Assembly: GCA_036574205.1 (NCBI GenBank)
Contig: JAINCQ010000035.1
Location: 1-23,764, forward strand
Source: Elusimicrobiota bacterium
GTDB taxonomy: Bacteria; Elusimicrobiota; Elusimicrobia; Elusimicrobiales; UBA9959
Direction: 5' to 3'
Length of the DNA stretch: 23,764 bases
Each line of letters opens with the position of its first letter. Position 1 is the first letter of the stretch. Shown piece after piece: positions 19,654 through 23,764 of this stretch. The translations under genes were made by a program, and so were the position numbers. The notes beneath the pieces are model-generated. The model was not told the DNA's origin. It did not search any database and saw nothing but the letters and a program-made list of their open reading frames with translations.

Positions 19654-20704
19654 TTTCAAAGTTTATCCTTTTATACCCTCTTTTTCCTCTGTTGAGCTCA
19701 TCATATACATCTTTTTTAATAAAATCTTTAATTATACTTCTAGCTTTTTTATCCATATCTATATCTTTGAATTTCTCAGGGAAAAGCGTCTTGCCTATAA
19801 AGTAAGCGTTGATAAACACAACTTCCACATTGGTAGTATAGTAATTGTATGCCATCAAAGTATAAACATTTTTTTTCTTAAAAGCGCTCAAAATAGAATA
19901 GTATTCTTTGTTTCTTGTATAATCCTCAATAAAAATATCCAGACCGCCTAAATCTATGAATATATAGTCAGGATTTAGAGAAAGAAGTTTTTCTTTGTCT
20001 ATGAATATATGAGCCGGCAGAATTTCTTGTGTGTCAATAACGCTTTTTAATCCAAGAAGAGAAAAAGGTTCATACGCATACTGTGTGCTGACAATGCCAT
20101 GCGCTCCCTTAAAGCCCAGTCCGCCAACATATATTCCTGGATTTTTTACCCCAATTGAACGTTTCTTTAAGTCAGAAGAATAAAAATTTATTTTTTCTAT
20201 CAATGAATTAACCTCTTTTTCAGCTCCAAGAACAAATGCAAGAGTTTTTATATTCCTTTTAAATTTATCAACATCAAAAGTGCCCAAATTTCCATAATCA
20301 GTCATAAAAACAGGTATCTTTGTTTTGTAATTTATAGTCCTGGCAACTTCTCTGTCAAGAGAGCATGTTATTATAATATCTGGATTTAGAGCAATTATTT
20401 TTTCGTAATCTGGCAGTTTATCGGGTCCACCTTCTGAAACTATAGGTAGTTTGGAAAATTTGTCTTTATAGGCCAGAGAGTATGCTCTACCTTGAGGATA
20501 TTTTATTTCTATATTCTCCACCCCAACAAGCATGTCAATTTTGCCGAGATATGATACAAGTCTGGCGGCTCCTGGTCCAAGAGCTATTATTCTTTGAGGT
20601 TTTTTGTTTAATTCAATTTTATTGCCCAAAGCATCTACATATATTTCAGCGCTTGAAAAATTTACAAAAAAGAAAATAACTAAAATTAATTTGATGGCTT
20701 CCAT
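19634..20704 (-). CDS. FecB/BtuF-like periplasmic binding protein
   Basis: Signal peptide, D.LG..I.....PQRIIALGPG, E.IIALNPD.II, E.LL.LNPDYIF, A.K..NVY. Confidence 0.92.
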   Translation of the reverse strand: MEAIKLILVIFFFVNFSSAEIYVDALGNKIELNKKPQRIIALGPGAARLVSYLGKIDMLVGVENIEIKYPQGRAYSLAYKDKFSKLPIVSEGGPDKLPDYEKIIALNPDIIITCSLDREVARTINYKTKIPVFMTDYGNLGTFDVDKFKRNIKTLAFVLGAEKEVNSLIEKINFYSSDLKKRSIGVKNPGIYVGGLGFKGAHGIVSTQYAYEPFSLLGLKSVIDTQEILPAHIFIDKEKLLSLNPDYIFIDLGGLDIFIEDYTRNKEYYSILSAFKKKNVYTLMAYNYYTTNVEVVFINAYFIGKTLFPEKFKDIDMDKKARSIIKDFIKKDVYDELNRGKRGYKRINFENGIRFE

Positions 20705-21447
20705 ATTAAAAGACCTTGAGAGGCTAGAGTTCTCATTTTTATATTTCCAGAAGGGAATTCATCTTTAAGTATGGATATTATTTTTTCTCTGTTTGGCTCA
20801 ATATCTTCCATTCTTATTCTAGCTGAAAAATCTTCTATTGCTTCATCCATTGTTCCGGTCCAGTCCCATGATGACTCAAAACTGTATTCCTTAAATTCAA
20901 TATTTCTCTCTTTTAGAATATCCTTTACTTCAAGAAAACCTTTTGGATGGTAAGGTTTTATTCCATGAGCTTTTATAATTCTGTCTGCCACTTTATTTTC
21001 TCTCTTTCCAGCCCAGCCGATAAAAACGCAAAATTCTTTACAAATATATTCCATTTTAAGCACTTCTTCTTTAGTTTTTATAGCGGGCGTCATTGAGGCA
21101 AAACTTATGTCAAAATATTTTTCTTTGCTTCTGGCGTCAAAATCTTCAAAAGAGGACAATTCCACTGAAATATTTTTTATCCCATTTAATGAAGCATCTT
21201 TTTTAAGAATTTTAAGCATTTCAGGTGAAAAATCAAGGCAAAAAACTTCACTTGCTTTTTGGGCAAGAACAAGAGAATAATTTCCTGTTCCACATCCAAT
21301 ATCTGCTATCTTCTTTCTTTCAAAACTGACACCAAGCTCTTCTATCTTTTTAATCAAATCAAGAGAATCTTTATAATTTTTTTGATCAAAAGCTCTTGGA
21401 TATTTTTTGGCTTTTATGTTCCAAAAATCTTTTTTCATAAACTTCAA
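20686..21447 (-). CDS. Class I SAM-dependent methyltransferase
   Basis: FW...A..Y, IADIGCGTG (motif I), LDFS.EML, FD...AS. Start TTG 21447 or ATG 21438. Confidence 0.92.
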   Translation of the reverse strand: MKFMKKDFWNIKAKKYPRAFDQKNYKDSLDLIKKIEELGVSFERKKIADIGCGTGNYSLVLAQKASEVFCLDFSPEMLKILKKDASLNGIKNISVELSSFEDFDARSKEKYFDISFASMTPAIKTKEEVLKMEYICKEFCVFIGWAGKRENKVADRIIKAHGIKPYHPKGFLEVKDILKERNIEFKEYSFESSWDWTGTMDEAIEDFSARIRMEDIEPNREKIISILKDEFPSGNIKMRTLASQGLLIWKPSN

Positions 21448-21455
21448 TACACGCG

Positions 21456-23549
21456 CTAAAAATATGCTTTGACAGTTATTCCCGCTATTCTTCCTGTCAT
21501 AGGGTAGCCGTATTTTTCAGAATAACTTTCATTAAATATGTTCTCGCAATAAGCAGAAAATTCCAAAGCCTCATTGTACTTTAATTTATACTCCAATGCA
21601 AAAGTGGAATATGCAGAAAGAGTAACCTTTTTATAGTTGTAAGTAGGATAAACGTAGTAACTATAAACCACATTTTGATTGTCGACGAATTTCCAAGATG
21701 CTTCAAGAGAAGAGTTTGGAGTAAAAGAATACTTTGTTCCTACATTGGATTTAACTTTTGGCATATAGTCCAATCCATCTAAAACGCCATTGTCATACAT
21801 GTCATATCCTTTCTTCGATTTTTGTAATGTCAGGTTGGCATAGTAATCTAGTGTATCCCCTTTTTTTCCTCTATAATCTATAGAGGCTCCATATATACGC
21901 ACATTATCTATGTTATAAACACCTCTTCCAGAACCAGCGTTTATATCAAATCTGAACATTATATAATCATCTATATTGTAATTGTAAGCTGAAATTGTGA
22001 GGAAATCTTTATCAAAAAATCTATGAGAGGCAGAAATCTCCACAGCATGATTTCTTTCAGACTTTAGATTATTAGTCCCCCCAGTAATCCCATTTGACCA
22101 CCAATACACCTCTGGCATGCCAGGTGTTCTAGATTTTATGTAAGCATTAAAGGAAATATTATCTCTTTCTGAAATTTTACAAGAAAGTCCAACCGATAGG
22201 CTTATGGCGGTATCATTCAATTTTTTTACAATAGACCCATTGAGCGGATCAACCTTATAATCATCATATCTTATTCCTACATGCGCCGATAATTTGTCGG
22301 AGAAAGAAATTCTATCCTTAGCATAATAAGCCCATATCTTTCCTTCTTGACTGGCAGGCCCTCCGGTATAGGTGAAATTATTGTTGTATGTTTTGTCATA
22401 CCAATACACATTTATATCTCCATAGCCAAGATATTTATACTCCGCTCCTATTTCCCATGAGTTTTTGTTTTTTTCTCCAGATATAGAGAAAGAAGTCCCC
22501 CAGGATCTATCTGATTCCACTTTTCTATTTAGAACTAGCAATCCGTCTGGATAGCCCGGTTTTATCAAAGAAGAAGAATAATTCTTTTCAAATCTGTTTT
22601 CTATATTTTTATAAATCTTAAATTCAGAAAATAAATCACCCAATGGTTGCTTGTATCCAAGATCAAGATAAGTCTTTTCTTTATCCCAAAATGAACCAGG
22701 GGCAGGCTTGAAAATGTTTTGATTTCCTGTCCCGGGAGCTATAAAATCTCCAAAAGCAAGCGGATAATCCTCATTATATTTTGAATAAAATAGGGGATTT
22801 GAAGGATTGTTTGATTTTCTGTTGTTTATAATAAAACCTCTTTTGATCTTTGTGTATTGTGTTCCAATTTCAAGTTTCCCATCATAGGGCATGTCAAGGA
22901 AAAATGTTCCGCCAATATTTTTCGCTTCATAATCATTGTTCCAGAAAAATTCATCTGACTTAGAATAACTACCGCTTACAGAGTATCCAAACAATCCTTT
23001 TTTGAAAGAATTATAAACCCTATAGTTCTGTATATAATCTATATCTTTTGCCAGAGAATAAGATCCAAAGAAACCATAATGCATTTTTTCTTCTGGTTCT
23101 TTGGTTTTTATATTTATAACACCGCCAAGAGCATTGTTTCCATATTTAACATCCGATCCGCCTTTTATTAGTTGTATTTTATCTATATTGTCCAGAGGTA
23201 AAGTTGACCAGTCTATATAGTGCCCTCCCACCACGCCAGCGGCATTGAGACTTCTGCCGTTTAGATTTAAAAGCAAGCGATTTGAAGAAAGACCTCTTAT
23301 TGACAGCATATCGCCATTGTCGCTTACTACGGCTCTTCTTCTTAAGTCAACTTCAGGTTCATTTTTAAGTATATCTGGCAAATAAATATTCTTCCCCTTT
23401 TCAATCGCCTTAGTTGAAAAATTTGATTTTTCCGCTTCTTTTATAGAGCTTTCATAAACAACTATTTCATCCATAGTCCCATCATAATATTCCCCTGCTA
23501 TAAGATGAGCGCAAGAAAAAAATATCAAAAAGTATTTCAAAGTTGACAT
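21456..23549 (-). CDS. TonB-dependent outer-membrane receptor
   Basis: Signal peptide, TonB-box-like DEIVV, plug motifs IRGL, I..IKG.....YG.NALGGVINI.TK, ENIFN..Y, terminal Phe. Start moved to ATG 23549 because GGAGG (23559-55) lies 5 nt upstream. Confidence 0.96.
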   Translation of the reverse strand: MSTLKYFLIFFSCAHLIAGEYYDGTMDEIVVYESSIKEAEKSNFSTKAIEKGKNIYLPDILKNEPEVDLRRRAVVSDNGDMLSIRGLSSNRLLLNLNGRSLNAAGVVGGHYIDWSTLPLDNIDKIQLIKGGSDVKYGNNALGGVINIKTKEPEEKMHYGFFGSYSLAKDIDYIQNYRVYNSFKKGLFGYSVSGSYSKSDEFFWNNDYEAKNIGGTFFLDMPYDGKLEIGTQYTKIKRGFIINNRKSNNPSNPLFYSKYNEDYPLAFGDFIAPGTGNQNIFKPAPGSFWDKEKTYLDLGYKQPLGDLFSEFKIYKNIENRFEKNYSSSLIKPGYPDGLLVLNRKVESDRSWGTSFSISGEKNKNSWEIGAEYKYLGYGDINVYWYDKTYNNNFTYTGGPASQEGKIWAYYAKDRISFSDKLSAHVGIRYDDYKVDPLNGSIVKKLNDTAISLSVGLSCKISERDNISFNAYIKSRTPGMPEVYWWSNGITGGTNNLKSERNHAVEISASHRFFDKDFLTISAYNYNIDDYIMFRFDINAGSGRGVYNIDNVRIYGASIDYRGKKGDTLDYYANLTLQKSKKGYDMYDNGVLDGLDYMPKVKSNVGTKYSFTPNSSLEASWKFVDNQNVVYSYYVYPTYNYKKVTLSAYSTFALEYKLKYNEALEFSAYCENIFNESYSEKYGYPMTGRIAGITVKAYF

Positions 23550-23565
23550 AGAATCCTCCATTATC

Positions 23566-23611
23566 GTGTTACATTTATAAAAATTGTAACAAAAATGAAA
23601 TAGTATGTCAA
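23566..23611 (-). promoter_or_regulatory. Operon promoter with overlapping NikR-type operator
   Basis: Minus strand TTGACA(23611-06)-N17-TACAAT(23588-83) with TGn. Palindrome GTGTTAC-N13-GTAACAA (perfect TGTTACA-N11-TGTAACA, 23567-23591) overlaps the -10 and the start site. Confidence 0.82.
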
Positions 23612-23764
23612 GAAATTGTATGAGTTAGGTAATGTCGATAATTTTGTGTAATTTCATAAAAAAGGGTATCCTCCATTATATTCAAATTATTGCCATATTT
23701 TTTATTCATTCTATAAAATATCGCATATATTATCCTTTCTAAACTATCCCTATTTTGAAAACAA

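Noticed and set aside
13653..21458. Genome-wide TAG reassignment
   Set aside because: TAG directly follows the TBDR terminal Phe and ends fmdE and infC at expected lengths. Only local readthrough remains possible.
12701..21459. Short antisense or overlapping ORFs over ychF, the interrupted genes and the nickel operon
   Set aside because: Shadows of well-supported genes, with low-complexity F/S/I-rich translations.
23550..23764. Cobalamin riboswitch or Fur box ahead of the TBDR
   Set aside because: The predicted leader is under 30 nt, no B12-box-like structure is visible, and there is no convincing GATAATGATAATCATTATC match.

Overview
AT-rich window spanning a bacterial replication origin. 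The host is diderm (it has a TonB-dependent receptor); an Elusimicrobiota-like lineage is only my impression from protein style. Left to right: a decayed IS30-family transposase, a stand-alone infC, the minus-strand dnaA-dnaN-dciA(DUF721)-gyrB-gyrA-marC cluster with DnaA-box clusters on both sides of dnaA, and a divergent plus-strand unit. That unit starts with an unusual in-frame fusion of a GGQ peptidyl-tRNA hydrolase (release-factor-like) domain to FolD, then a Lys-rich exported protein, a GNAT, ychF and an interrupted putative outer-membrane protein. Next come a ~520-bp GC-rich island of several palindromic repeat types and a FlgO/CsgG-like + TPR gene split by one in-frame TAG. The right end is a minus-strand metal-uptake operon (TBDR, SAM methyltransferase, FecB/BtuF-like SBP, FecCD permease, ATPase, FmdE-like, TonB, NikR) with a palindromic NikR-type operator overlapping its -10 box. 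Best leads: the GGQ-FolD fusion, the NikR operon with methyltransferase and FmdE, two amber codons in near-identical context, the palindrome island and the 11-bp-phased oriC boxes. All calls are by eye; no searches were run.
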